IMG/VR virus record: IMGVR_UViG_3300034520_000200
Coordinates: 1-64,000 of that record
Source: a virus
Reading direction: 5' to 3' (one strand)
DNA: 64,000 bases
A program made the position numbers and the translations under genes. This document shows, piece by piece, positions 48,604 through 59,556 of the stretch; position 1 is the stretch's first letter; each line of letters opens with the position of its first letter. The notes below the pieces were generated by a model. The model saw nothing but the letters and a program-made list of their open reading frames with translations. It did no database searches and was not told where the DNA came from.

Positions 48604-51161
48604 TTAATGTGCCAGATTTTGAAAGTATATTAACGCCTAATCAAGATGCAAGATATTGGGGGAAATATCAAGCAATTGTTGCTGATATTAATGACCCTGA
48701 AAAGAGAGGTAGAATTAGGGTTAGACAGCCTTTTTTTTACGGTAACGAATTATCACCTTGGGCGTTACCTTGTGTTCCTTATGGAGGGTCTAATAATATA
48801 GGTCAATTTTTTACACCAGAAGTTGGAAGCGGAGTTTGGATAGAATTTCAATATGGATTAATATCTAATCCAATATGGACAGGATTTTGGTTTGCAAAAC
48901 CTAATGGAGTGTCAGAACTTCCTTCTGAAACACAAGGTAAACCGTATATCAAAGTTTTAAAAACAAAAAAAGTTGTTTTAACAATAGACGACGATACAGG
49001 AAATGTTGAAGTTAGAAATATAAATACTGGGAAATCAGTTATAATTAAAAGTGACGGATTAGACCCTAATGGAATTGTACAAGATCCAGAACACAGGTTT
49101 GTAACTGACACTGAAAAAGAAACTTGGAATACAATAAAAGCTGGTTCAATAGTAGAAGATTCACTAATTAATGGAAATATTAAAGTTGATGGAGTTGAAA
49201 TTAACGTTTATACTCATCCAGAAAGTCATCCAGCTAATATGATAACTACTGATACAAACAATATGTTTGTATCACAATCTGAGAAGGATAATTGGAATTC
49301 AAAGTTAAGTTCTATACCAATTGCATCACCTACAATAATTGGTGGAATAAAATCAGGTGGAGATATATCAGTTGATTCAAATGGTGTAGTTTCTATTAAT
49401 GACAATAGTCATAATCATACAAAATCAAATATTACTGATTTTTCACATTCACATACAAAATCAGATATTACTGATTTTAGTCACAGCCATCAAACTACAG
49501 ATATAATTAATTTTGATTCTGCAGTAAGTGGTAATGTTGATGTAGTTGCTAATACTTCTGCAAGACATACTCATTCAAATAAATCATTATTAGATACTTA
49601 TACACAGACAGAAGCTAATTTAGCTGATGCTGTATCTAAGAAACATTTACAAAATACTGATAATACTCTAACAAGTTCGACAGTAAATACAGTAAATACT
49701 ACCGGAATTGGGAATATTGTAGATTTTAAAGTTAATAATACAACTAAAACATCAATTGATAATTCAGGTAATTTTACTGGTAATGCTGCTACAGCATCTA
49801 AATTGCAAACAGCTAGAACTGTAACTTTGAGTGGAGATGTTTCTGGGTCAGCTTCATTTGATGGTAGTTCAAATATAACTATAAATACTACTGTAGCAGA
49901 TGATAGTCATAATCATTCTTCAACTACAGGGAATTTTCAAGTCGGAGGAAACCTTTCTGTAACTGGAGATCTTATTGTAAATGGAACTACATTTACAGTA
50001 AATAGTAATACAGTTACAGTAGATGATCCTATTTTAACTTTGGGTGGAGATACAGATCCAGTAATCGACGATAATAAAGATAGAGGTATAGAATTTAGAT
50101 GGCATAATGGTTCAGTAGCTAAAAAAGGGTTTTTTGGATTTGATGATTCTACTGGTAAGTTTATATTTATACCAGACGCTACTAATACTTCAGAAGTATT
50201 TAGCGGAACAAAAGGAGAAATTGATGCTAATGTTGATTGGAATAATGTCATAAACAAACCATCTTCTTACACGCCTTCTACACACACTCATACAAGTTCA
50301 GAAATCTCAGATGCTACTTCTTCAAATACAGCAAACACAATAGTTAAAAGAGATACATCTGGTAATTTTAGTGCAGGTACAATTACCGCTACCTTAAATG
50401 GAAACGCTTCTACAGCAACTAAATTACAAACATCAAGGATTGTATCTTTAACCGGTGGTGTGACTGGTTCAGCTTCTTTTGATGGTTCATCAAATATAAC
50501 AATAAATACTACTGTAGTTGACAATAGTCACAACCATACGAAATCAAATATTACTGATTTTGCTCACACTCATTTAATAAGTGATGTGACGAATTTACAA
50601 ACCTCATTAGATACTAAAGCAGATGTTTCAAATGTTTTAACTAAAAATAATACTATAGCATATACACCTACTGATTTATACCATCCTGCTACTAAAAAAT
50701 ATGTTGATGATATTGTTGTTAGTATTGGAACAGGTGATATGCTTAAATCAGTATACGATACTAACAATGATGGTGTTGTAGATAATTCTGAAAAACTTAA
50801 TGGTCATCCTTCAACTGACTTTGTTCTTAAATCTGGAGATACTATGACTGGCGATTTAAATGTAAGTGGTAATGTGATAACTCCTAACAATGTTCGTTGT
50901 GAAAATTTATATTTAGGAGAAGCAGGTGGAAGTGTTATAGAAGGTAATATTTATAACTTAGATGCAATTTATGGAGCAAACGATATTAGATTAGGTGTAG
51001 GTTCTACTATATATCATTTTATGAATTCTACTGGATTAGCATTGGGAAAAGCTTCAGCACCTTCATCTACACTTGACGTTAATGGAGATATACTTGTTAA
51101 AAGTAAATATAAATTAACTTATAATTCTTCAGAAGATAGTCTTGATTTTGTTTATGTATAG
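48600..51161 (+). CDS. baseplate spike (gp5/gpV OB-fold) fused to a long fibre-like extension
   Basis: DPEKRGRIRV..P, WA.PC, PEVG..VW.EF..G...P.W; downstream HxH and GNA.TA.KL.T.R repeats. Confidence 0.85.
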   Translation: MINVPDFESILTPNQDARYWGKYQAIVADINDPEKRGRIRVRQPFFYGNELSPWALPCVPYGGSNNIGQFFTPEVGSGVWIEFQYGLISNPIWTGFWFAKPNGVSELPSETQGKPYIKVLKTKKVVLTIDDDTGNVEVRNINTGKSVIIKSDGLDPNGIVQDPEHRFVTDTEKETWNTIKAGSIVEDSLINGNIKVDGVEINVYTHPESHPANMITTDTNNMFVSQSEKDNWNSKLSSIPIASPTIIGGIKSGGDISVDSNGVVSINDNSHNHTKSNITDFSHSHTKSDITDFSHSHQTTDIINFDSAVSGNVDVVANTSARHTHSNKSLLDTYTQTEANLADAVSKKHLQNTDNTLTSSTVNTVNTTGIGNIVDFKVNNTTKTSIDNSGNFTGNAATASKLQTARTVTLSGDVSGSASFDGSSNITINTTVADDSHNHSSTTGNFQVGGNLSVTGDLIVNGTTFTVNSNTVTVDDPILTLGGDTDPVIDDNKDRGIEFRWHNGSVAKKGFFGFDDSTGKFIFIPDATNTSEVFSGTKGEIDANVDWNNVINKPSSYTPSTHTHTSSEISDATSSNTANTIVKRDTSGNFSAGTITATLNGNASTATKLQTSRIVSLTGGVTGSASFDGSSNITINTTVVDNSHNHTKSNITDFAHTHLISDVTNLQTSLDTKADVSNVLTKNNTIAYTPTDLYHPATKKYVDDIVVSIGTGDMLKSVYDTNNDGVVDNSEKLNGHPSTDFVLKSGDTMTGDLNVSGNVITPNNVRCENLYLGEAGGSVIEGNIYNLDAIYGANDIRLGVGSTIYHFMNSTGLALGKASAPSSTLDVNGDILVKSKYKLTYNSSEDSLDFVYV

Positions 51162-51172
51162 GGTGAGACTGT

Positions 51173-54100
51173 ATGGCTGTAAAAGCTAGAATCAAAAATA
51201 AAGATTTTCTATTAAATAAAGAAATTAACGAAAGACTTCCAGTAATTCTTAATGGGTTAGTTTACCATTATCCTTTTGATAATACTGTTGTTGGAATATC
51301 ACGAAAGTCTAATTTACTAGATACTTCTGTATGGAAAGTAGGTACTAGTGGTTCTCAAGGTAATTTTATTTGTAATGGCGCAGCTTCTGAAAATCAGATA
51401 ATAATTAAAGAAAATCCTTGGGGAGTTCCCGATGTAATTTGGGCATCATTACAAAATGATGCTACTAGTGATGCTGATGGTGGTTGGAATGTTACTAATA
51501 TTCCAATAGACAAAACTAAAAGATATAGATTAAGTGTATGGATTAGGAGAGAAGATGTAGGAAATGGCAGAACTTATTTCGGATGTCAGGGTAATACAGT
51601 TTGCAATTTAAGTGATGGTGCTAAAAATTCAAATCCGTATTTTGGTTATCCTGCTATTAGTCAATGTCCTGAATTGGCAAATAATTGGTTGTTATTTGTG
51701 GCATATATCCACCCTTATGATTATACTGGGAGCACAGATCCTAGAACTGGAATTTATAGACTTGATGGAACTAAAATTACATCTTATAGTTTAACTGATT
51801 TTAAATGGGCTCCAGATGCTACAGTTGGTGGTCATAGAACTTATTTATACTATTCTACTACAACAACTGAAAAACATTTCTGGTGTAGACCAAGATTTGA
51901 AATAGATGATGGAAATATAGCTACAATACAAGAGTTATTAATGGGTATTGAAGATGTAATACATCCAGTGTTAGATAGTTATACAACTAAGACAGCCGAA
52001 GGGGTAGCAATAGAAATAGCAACTGAAAATTTATTAGAAACTGTTGGCGGAGGAGCTTCTCAAGATTGGTCTAAATGGAGTCATTGGAATAGTGCTTCTT
52101 ATTGGCCTAACTTATGCACACAATATGATGATCCTGTATGGGGTAAAGTTTTTAAAGGTATACCAGGTTCAATTAGTACTTATATTTTTGATTATTATCC
52201 ATATTCTTATGCTGTAGGAGATGTTTTATCTTTTAGTTGTTACATGAGAGTTGATCAGACTGTAACGAAAACAATTACTTTTTACGTTAATTCAAGTAGT
52301 GGAGGTCAGCATAATGTAGCCCCTACTTGTGTAAAGACAGTAAATTTTATGGCAGGAGAGTGGCAATATTTAACCTTTACATCAGGAGCTGTTACTGAAG
52401 CAGTAAATGGTACTGGCGGTTTTGGATTATCAATGGGTAATTTCAATGGTATTACTGTTGAAATAGCTTTTCCACATTTTGAGAAAAATATATTTAACAC
52501 TTCTTATTGCAAAGGAATTAGAAGTGGAAATGGGCTATTAGATCTACCTTTAAATTTAGGTTCAGATTTTACTATATTTTATAGATTTATTCCAGATTTT
52601 TTATGGGCAACTTACTACACTTCAGCATATAATAAATATATGTGGTATTTATATGATAAAAATACAGGTAAAAAGATTTGGCAATCCGATTATCATGCAA
52701 CAGGGACTTATACTTATAGTAATCCTTGGATTGGATTTGATGAATTCAATACGAGTACGGAAGGTTATCCATGGCATTGGCATAGTGTTAATACCATAAT
52801 GACTGGTGGAAAAGAATTTTGGTTTGCACTTACTAAAAGTGGTAGTACTTGGACTAAGTATTTCTTTACTGATTATGGTTATGTTAAAAGTAGTATAGAG
52901 CATACAAAACCTGAAGTTGTTAATTTCTCTCCTAGTAAATTAGAATTATATTATGATTTCTGTTGGAAAGTAAAAGATTTAAGTATATATGACAGAGCTT
53001 TATCTGAGGAAGAGATTTTAAAACTTGCTAGTGCTAAATCTTTTAGTTTAAGGAGTAATGGAGATTTACACACCTGTCTCTTAAAAGAAAAGCAAGATTA
53101 TTTAAAAAGAGATTTACCAACATACATTGATTTTACAGGAGTTATTGACAGCTACTGGTCAAAATATGAACAAACTAACATAAAGGTTTATACTTCTAAA
53201 TGTAGTAATGTTCCGGGACATTCTTATTCATACTTTATTTACCGACCTGCTAATCTTATATATCCTGATTGTGGTAATACTACTTGGGGAGGAATAGTAG
53301 TCAATTTACCAAACAGTGTTAAAAAGCCTGGGACGTGGAAACTTAGATTTAAGTATAGAGGTCATAGTACTCCTAATAATATGGAGGTTTATTTCGCTTA
53401 TTCTGTTGGATGGACTTCTATGGGAGTTGGTTTATATTCTCCAGCAGGAACATCTATTTCAGCTTTTGATACTGATGAGTGGCAACAATTTGAATTTATA
53501 TATACTATAACAGCTGCAGATATTACTCAAACAGGCACTGATAGTAATACTTATGACTGTATGCGTCAAATGAAAATAGGATTTGGGTATCAAAGTACTG
53601 ATAGTATAGGAACCCGAGTGTTTGTAAACGACATAGAAATTCTTCCTGTTTCATTAGATTCTGAAGAAAATGATAGTAATAATGAAGAAATAGGTATAAA
53701 ATCTGACAGATTTTATTGTAATGAAGTTTATGAAGACAAAATATTGCATAAAATCTTTCTACTCGGAACAGCGTTTCCAGATACTTCAGGTTTAGATGTA
53801 GGTGGAAATAGAGTAGTTAGAGTTGATGGGGTAGATATAGTAAATACTACAGGAAGAGGTTTAAGATTAGATACTTTTGATAGTAACATGAGTTATATTT
53901 CAGGAACTACTTATGACGTTTATGGAGACGATTTAGCTAGAACTAATTTAGCAAATGATTTATTAACATTATCGATAACAGATAAATACTGGTCTTTAAC
54001 TTCTTATGATGCTATAGGGACAAATACTAATTTAACTAATGCTATGGTTCAGTTAGGTAGTAAACTTTGGTCAGAAATTGTAACTACTAATTATAGACAT

Positions 54101-54202
54101 ACTTATTGTTGTTTTGGTAAGGGTTCAAAAATTCTTTATGAAGATGGTAGTAAAACTGATTCTGTAGATAGACATAGATCAACTATATCAACAATAATTT
54201 AA
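51173..54202 (+). CDS. multi-domain tail/receptor-binding protein (carbohydrate-binding/LamG-like modules)
   Basis: GLV.HYPFD and IYDRALS.EEI LamG borders; Trp/Tyr-rich beta domains. Confidence 0.7.
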   Translation: MAVKARIKNKDFLLNKEINERLPVILNGLVYHYPFDNTVVGISRKSNLLDTSVWKVGTSGSQGNFICNGAASENQIIIKENPWGVPDVIWASLQNDATSDADGGWNVTNIPIDKTKRYRLSVWIRREDVGNGRTYFGCQGNTVCNLSDGAKNSNPYFGYPAISQCPELANNWLLFVAYIHPYDYTGSTDPRTGIYRLDGTKITSYSLTDFKWAPDATVGGHRTYLYYSTTTTEKHFWCRPRFEIDDGNIATIQELLMGIEDVIHPVLDSYTTKTAEGVAIEIATENLLETVGGGASQDWSKWSHWNSASYWPNLCTQYDDPVWGKVFKGIPGSISTYIFDYYPYSYAVGDVLSFSCYMRVDQTVTKTITFYVNSSSGGQHNVAPTCVKTVNFMAGEWQYLTFTSGAVTEAVNGTGGFGLSMGNFNGITVEIAFPHFEKNIFNTSYCKGIRSGNGLLDLPLNLGSDFTIFYRFIPDFLWATYYTSAYNKYMWYLYDKNTGKKIWQSDYHATGTYTYSNPWIGFDEFNTSTEGYPWHWHSVNTIMTGGKEFWFALTKSGSTWTKYFFTDYGYVKSSIEHTKPEVVNFSPSKLELYYDFCWKVKDLSIYDRALSEEEILKLASAKSFSLRSNGDLHTCLLKEKQDYLKRDLPTYIDFTGVIDSYWSKYEQTNIKVYTSKCSNVPGHSYSYFIYRPANLIYPDCGNTTWGGIVVNLPNSVKKPGTWKLRFKYRGHSTPNNMEVYFAYSVGWTSMGVGLYSPAGTSISAFDTDEWQQFEFIYTITAADITQTGTDSNTYDCMRQMKIGFGYQSTDSIGTRVFVNDIEILPVSLDSEENDSNNEEIGIKSDRFYCNEVYEDKILHKIFLLGTAFPDTSGLDVGGNRVVRVDGVDIVNTTGRGLRLDTFDSNMSYISGTTYDVYGDDLARTNLANDLLTLSITDKYWSLTSYDAIGTNTNLTNAMVQLGSKLWSEIVTTNYRHTYCCFGKGSKILYEDGSKTDSVDRHRSTISTII

Positions 54203-54339
54203 ATAAATATAGATACAATAATAGAATTAATATATGAAGGGTATTTTTATTTCTTAAATTAAATTATAGTGAGTTATTTTAACCCAAATATATTTTATAT
54301 ATTGTGTTTATTTCAGAGTGTCAAACACAGTCTTAGGGG

Positions 54340-54726
54340 GTGCTAAATTTGTCTGATACAATTTTATGGCCATTTACAATAAACAATATCGGAGTTTTAA
54401 ATACAACAAGTAATATTGAAGAAGCAATAAATTCATTATTAACTTTTATATTCTCAATAAGAGAAAATGAAATTTTAGGAGATCCAAATTTATGTAGTAA
54501 ACTTCATTTACTTTTATTTGAAACTGATAAAAATATTTTAGATACTATGAGTAGTTTATACATTGAAGAAGCTATAAATGAATTTGCATCAGATTTTGTA
54601 AGATTTAAAAGTTGTATAGGAAGTTTTGATAACAACAACAAAATATATAATATTGAAATTATTTATGAAATTAAATCAACAAACGAAGAAAAAGTATTAA
54701 ATTATAGTTTAGAAATATTGTATTAA
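54340..54726 (+). CDS. baseplate wedge gp25-like protein
   Basis: WPF..., I...L..I...E....P..S.L..LLFE. Confidence 0.75.
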   Translation: MLNLSDTILWPFTINNIGVLNTTSNIEEAINSLLTFIFSIRENEILGDPNLCSKLHLLLFETDKNILDTMSSLYIEEAINEFASDFVRFKSCIGSFDNNNKIYNIEIIYEIKSTNEEKVLNYSLEILY

Positions 54727-54733
54727 AGGAGGG

Positions 54734-56443
54734 TTGAAGATGCCACAAATTAATTATCTTTCACAAGATTTTGATTCTTTTTATGAAATGTTTAATGAAT
54801 TAATTTCTTCAGAATTTCCTAACTGGTCAAAATATAATAAAAATAATTTAGGAAATGTATTTGGAAAATTTTTATCTATGCTTGGAGATATTGAATCATT
54901 TTATAAAGACAAAATGATTCAACAATTATGTCTTCCGACAGTTACTTTACGTAAATATGCAATATTACTTTGTAAAACTTTAGGATATAGAATGCATTCT
55001 GCAAAACCGTCAACAATAGAACAAATAAAGTTTACAATCGAACCACAAATACAAGATTATATAATTCCAGCTGGTTATCCTGTTAGTACAAAAGCAATTA
55101 ATAGTGACGGTGAATTTATTCAATTTGAAACAGATAGTGATTTAATAATACCTACAGGTCAAACAGAAGGAATTGTTTCAGCTACTCAAGGTATTACAAT
55201 ATCACTAGAAAACATTGGTATTAGTAATGGTAAAGCAAACCAAAGATTTGTATTAGAAAATAGAAAAGTTATAGATGGTTCATATACAGTTTATGTTAAT
55301 GAAAATAATATATTAAAGACTTGGACTGAAGTTGATACATTTGCAGGAAGAGGTAACGAAAATATATTTATTACTGAAGTCGATGAAATTGATAGATCTT
55401 ATATAATTTTTGGAAATGGAAAAATTGGAAGAATACCTCCAATTGGAAGTGAAATTTATTGTACTTATAGAATAGGCGGTGGTGAAAATACAAATGTAGG
55501 AATTGGTACTGTTACTGAAAACAGAGGGAATTTACCCAATATAATATCGATAATGAATTTAACTCCTGCAATTGGAGGTACTGAAAGAGAAACTATAGAA
55601 GAAGCTAAAATAAATGCTCCTATATTTTTTAAAAATACAGAAAAAGCTGTAACTAAATCTGATTTTAAATCATTATGTCTCAATGTCAATGGTGTTAAAC
55701 GGGCACAAGCAACTGCTGGAAGTGCTGGAATAATTGATGTTAGAATTGCTTCTAAAGATAATAATGGAATTCCTACTGAAGAATTAAAAAATGCAGTTAA
55801 ATATTATTTAAATGATAGAAAAATCATAACATTTATTATAAATGTATACGATCCTTACTTTTTACCAGTTAATGTAGATATATATGCTGAAGTAAATTCT
55901 CAATATTTACAAAGTATAGCACAATCAGCAATAACAACAGTGTTAAATAAACTCTTATCTATGGAAACAAAAGATTTTGGAGAAGGAGAAAAATTAGGAG
56001 TTGTATATAAATCAATTTTAGATTTAGATGAAATTGATAGTCTTGAAATAACAAAATTTACAACTTCTCCAATTGTTTATCCTAAAACTCAAAGTGCTAA
56101 TCCTCTTCACACTTTTGATTCTGTAGAAGTATTAAAAGATAATAATTTAGTTGGAGAATGGAAAGTTACAATGTTGAATTCAACTGATTTTAAAGTTGAA
56201 TTTTATGATGAAACAACATCAAGTTATATTAATAAAGGAACTGGTTCTATAGGAACACAATTTACAAGTTTGGGAAATGAAATAAGATTTACAATTACTT
56301 CAAATGGTGGTATAAGTTCTGATGGAGATTATTGGTTATTCTATACAAATAAATATCTTGGTAATATTACAAAAGTTTTAGAACAAGAATTATTGAAACC
56401 TGGAATATATAATATAGTACTGAGTGGTGGTATAAGTGGCTAA
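54734..56443 (+). CDS. baseplate J-like wedge protein
   Basis: Y.S.DF, FET, SNG..NQ.F, FG.G..G..P, GG...E, AVT..DF. Confidence 0.9.
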   Translation: MKMPQINYLSQDFDSFYEMFNELISSEFPNWSKYNKNNLGNVFGKFLSMLGDIESFYKDKMIQQLCLPTVTLRKYAILLCKTLGYRMHSAKPSTIEQIKFTIEPQIQDYIIPAGYPVSTKAINSDGEFIQFETDSDLIIPTGQTEGIVSATQGITISLENIGISNGKANQRFVLENRKVIDGSYTVYVNENNILKTWTEVDTFAGRGNENIFITEVDEIDRSYIIFGNGKIGRIPPIGSEIYCTYRIGGGENTNVGIGTVTENRGNLPNIISIMNLTPAIGGTERETIEEAKINAPIFFKNTEKAVTKSDFKSLCLNVNGVKRAQATAGSAGIIDVRIASKDNNGIPTEELKNAVKYYLNDRKIITFIINVYDPYFLPVNVDIYAEVNSQYLQSIAQSAITTVLNKLLSMETKDFGEGEKLGVVYKSILDLDEIDSLEITKFTTSPIVYPKTQSANPLHTFDSVEVLKDNNLVGEWKVTMLNSTDFKVEFYDETTSSYINKGTGSIGTQFTSLGNEIRFTITSNGGISSDGDYWLFYTNKYLGNITKVLEQELLKPGIYNIVLSGGISG

Positions 56444-57422
56444 ACTAGTTGATAATTTATTTATAGATCAATTACCAGGAGAATTAAAAGTTAAGATAAA
56501 GTTTACAACTCCAAATGAATATTATGATAGTATATATATTTATAGAAGAACAGATAAATACGAAAATGCCAATAATAATTTAATTGATACTGAATCATTA
56601 TTAATCAAACAATTGAATTTTAATGATTACGGTTATAGTAATGAAGTAGAGATAATTGATGATTTAGACATATCAAGTAATATTATTTATTATTATTCAG
56701 TATTAACAAAATATAATAATGTCTTTTATACAAGTTCACTAACTCAGCAATATGTTCCAGTAACAGAATTAATTGATTATGAAAATATACTATGGAATAT
56801 TCAACCTGATGTAATCAAAAATAATGATAACGGTGACATGAAAAAATTTATAAAAGTTTTAGCTAAAATCTTAGAATATATACATGGGCAGACTAAAAGT
56901 CTTGAATTACTATTTGATATTAATAAAATGCCGTTAGAAATACTAAATAATATTGCAAATCAAATGGGATGGAAATTAGATTCAAGACTTCCATTAGATA
57001 TTCAAAGAAATATAGTTTCTAACATAACATATTTTTATAAATGGAGTGGTTCTAGAGAAGGTCTAGACAGACTTGTGAAATTTTACTCTGGATATCCAGA
57101 TAATACAGGTGTTATTGAAGGATCTAGTAAATTATTATTTTCACCTAGATTTATTGATGGACAAGTATCATTTAGTAATTCAAGATGTCCTGATTTTGAA
57201 ACAGATAATTTTTTGTTGATTGGAACTCCAGAAGATCCACTCTTTTACTGTTATGATTTTAAAGATACAAGTAGGTTTAATTTAACACAGTCATTTACAA
57301 TTTATTTCAGAAAACCCCAAGGTTTAAGTCAAAGTCAAGTTGATAATATTATTTCGATTTTAAATGATGTACTAGAAGAAAATTCTCCATTAGGTGTAAA
57401 TTTTGATATCATCGTATATTAA
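56436..57422 (+). CDS. baseplate wedge / P2 gpI-like protein
   Basis: L..IA..MGW, Y...GS..G motif after J. Confidence 0.7.
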   Translation: MAKLVDNLFIDQLPGELKVKIKFTTPNEYYDSIYIYRRTDKYENANNNLIDTESLLIKQLNFNDYGYSNEVEIIDDLDISSNIIYYYSVLTKYNNVFYTSSLTQQYVPVTELIDYENILWNIQPDVIKNNDNGDMKKFIKVLAKILEYIHGQTKSLELLFDINKMPLEILNNIANQMGWKLDSRLPLDIQRNIVSNITYFYKWSGSREGLDRLVKFYSGYPDNTGVIEGSSKLLFSPRFIDGQVSFSNSRCPDFETDNFLLIGTPEDPLFYCYDFKDTSRFNLTQSFTIYFRKPQGLSQSQVDNIISILNDVLEENSPLGVNFDIIVY

Positions 57423-57435
57423 GGAGTGATTTAAA

Positions 57436-59322
57436 ATGGGAATACCTGATATTTCTAGAGACTCTTTTGATGAGACTAAAGATTATATAAAAGTTATTCA
57501 AGAACAAGGTAGACCTTTTGTAGATTACGATTATAATGAGCTGCAAGACATATTACGATATTTATTAAAAATGTCCGTTCAATTTATTGTTGGTATTAAC
57601 GTATTTGATGCAGATGGATTTAAAGTTGTTGGAACTGGACTTTCTAACGACTTTACAGTTAAATCAGGTAAAGCATTAATTAACGGATTGTTTTGTTTTA
57701 ATAGATCTGATAAATTGGCAAGTGAATTAGGCATAACATTAACTACTCCTACAGCTGACAGAACTGATTATGTTTATCTTGATATATGGCAAGAATTTAT
57801 AGATAGTACGCAAGATACGAGTATTAAACATCCTAATCTACCTATTGAAACAAGTCAAAGACTTAAACTTAGAAAAGATATAAAAATAATTGAAGGAGGA
57901 ACAGTACCAACTGCTCCACAAGATCATATTTATGTAACATTAGCACAAATAAATAGAAAAGCTAATGTTAGTACTATAAATAGTACTGATATTATTGATT
58001 TACGTGAAGTTTTTACTTCATATTCTAGTCATAAATATTCAAATCCAATAGATCATCCTGACGGATCAGTGACTGATTCTAAAATAGGTAGTAGAACAAT
58101 TACAGATACAATACAACCAACTTCTGATACAGCACAACTTCAAACTCTTTTATCAAATTTAGCTTATATGATAAAAACTACTACAGGTAAATCTAATTGG
58201 AGAACTAATCCAGATGTAAATTTAGCTGCAGTATATAATCATATTAATAATACAAATAATCCTCATGGTGTAACAGCAACTCAAACTGGAGCTGAGAACT
58301 TAATTAATACTCATAAAAATGCAGCCATTTTAGATCATTTAGATGGATCTGTAACTGACAACAAAATTGGTAATAGAACAGTTGATGATACTTTAGTACC
58401 TAGTAGTAATACAAATAAATTATTAATTTTACTTTCAAATTTAGCAAATAGAATTAAAACTATAACAGGTAAAACTGATTGGAAAACAAGTCCAGATACA
58501 AATTTAGTTAATGTTTATAACCATATAAACAATACAAACAATCCTCATAATGTTACTGCAGCTCAAGTAGGTGCCGATATTTTAGTAAATAATCATAAAA
58601 ATGCAACAACTTTAGATCATCCAGACAATTCTGTAACAGATTCAAAAATTGGAGCACGTTTAATAACTGATACAAGTTCACCAACTGCTGATTCAGGAAC
58701 AATAACATCGTTATTTTCTTGGTTAGCATATATGATAAAGTCAATTACTGGTAAAACAAATTGGAGAACAGTTCCAGATGTAAATTTAGCTACAGTGAAA
58801 CAACATATTGATGCTTCTTCACCACATACTGGACATGCAACTACTACAGATCTTAATAATCATATCAATAATACTAACAACCCACATAATGTTACTGCAG
58901 CTCAGACTGGTGCAGATATTTTAGTAAATAATCATAAGAATGCATCTACATTAGACCATCCAGACAATTCTGTTATAGATAGTAAAATTGGTAATAGAAC
59001 TATAAATGATACTTTATATCCTACAGCTGATACTTCAAATCTTACAACATTACTATCGTGGTTAGCTAATAGAATAAAAACAATTACTGGTAAAACAAGT
59101 TGGCAATTTAATCCAGATGTAAATTTAGTTACAGTTAATAACCATATAAATAATACAAATAATCCTCATAATGTAACTTTAACTCAATTAAATGCTGTTA
59201 ATAAATCTGGAGATACTATTAATGGAAATTTACAAATTAACGGAGATTTTTTAATAACTTCTCATTTCAAATTTACTTACAACTCAACATCAAACAGTAT
59301 TGATATTTCATATATAGCTTAA
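57436..59322 (+). CDS. tail fibre protein with ~4 internal repeats
   Basis: N-terminal QGRP..D.D.NE.Q; repeats DHPD.SVTD.KIG.R...ITGK..W...PD.NL..V..HINNTNNPH.VT. Confidence 0.8.
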   Translation: MGIPDISRDSFDETKDYIKVIQEQGRPFVDYDYNELQDILRYLLKMSVQFIVGINVFDADGFKVVGTGLSNDFTVKSGKALINGLFCFNRSDKLASELGITLTTPTADRTDYVYLDIWQEFIDSTQDTSIKHPNLPIETSQRLKLRKDIKIIEGGTVPTAPQDHIYVTLAQINRKANVSTINSTDIIDLREVFTSYSSHKYSNPIDHPDGSVTDSKIGSRTITDTIQPTSDTAQLQTLLSNLAYMIKTTTGKSNWRTNPDVNLAAVYNHINNTNNPHGVTATQTGAENLINTHKNAAILDHLDGSVTDNKIGNRTVDDTLVPSSNTNKLLILLSNLANRIKTITGKTDWKTSPDTNLVNVYNHINNTNNPHNVTAAQVGADILVNNHKNATTLDHPDNSVTDSKIGARLITDTSSPTADSGTITSLFSWLAYMIKSITGKTNWRTVPDVNLATVKQHIDASSPHTGHATTTDLNNHINNTNNPHNVTAAQTGADILVNNHKNASTLDHPDNSVIDSKIGNRTINDTLYPTADTSNLTTLLSWLANRIKTITGKTSWQFNPDVNLVTVNNHINNTNNPHNVTLTQLNAVNKSGDTINGNLQINGDFLITSHFKFTYNSTSNSIDISYIA

Positions 59323-59324
59323 GG

Positions 59325-59540
59325 GTGATAAATATGGCTGAAACAAAAATTATTAGAATTAATAGTGACAACTCATTAGATATTGCAGGAGAATTAATTG
59401 AATTAGAAGAAAATATTATAAAATTGATGTCAAATGGTAATATCCAAGTTAAAGAATTTATTGAGGGGAGTGCTTTAAATTATGATTCTAATTACAGATT
59501 AACATCTACTTTATTAAGAGAAAACCAAACATTAGCATAG
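59325..59540 (+). CDS. small tail-associated protein
   Basis: context. Confidence 0.6.
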   Translation: MINMAETKIIRINSDNSLDIAGELIELEENIIKLMSNGNIQVKEFIEGSALNYDSNYRLTSTLLRENQTLA

Positions 59541-59556
59541 AGAGGTGATTAAGTAA

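Noticed and set aside
40137-57422. Standalone contractile injection system (eCIS/tailocin)
   Set aside because: Terminase, portal, capsid and full TMP are present, so this is a phage tail
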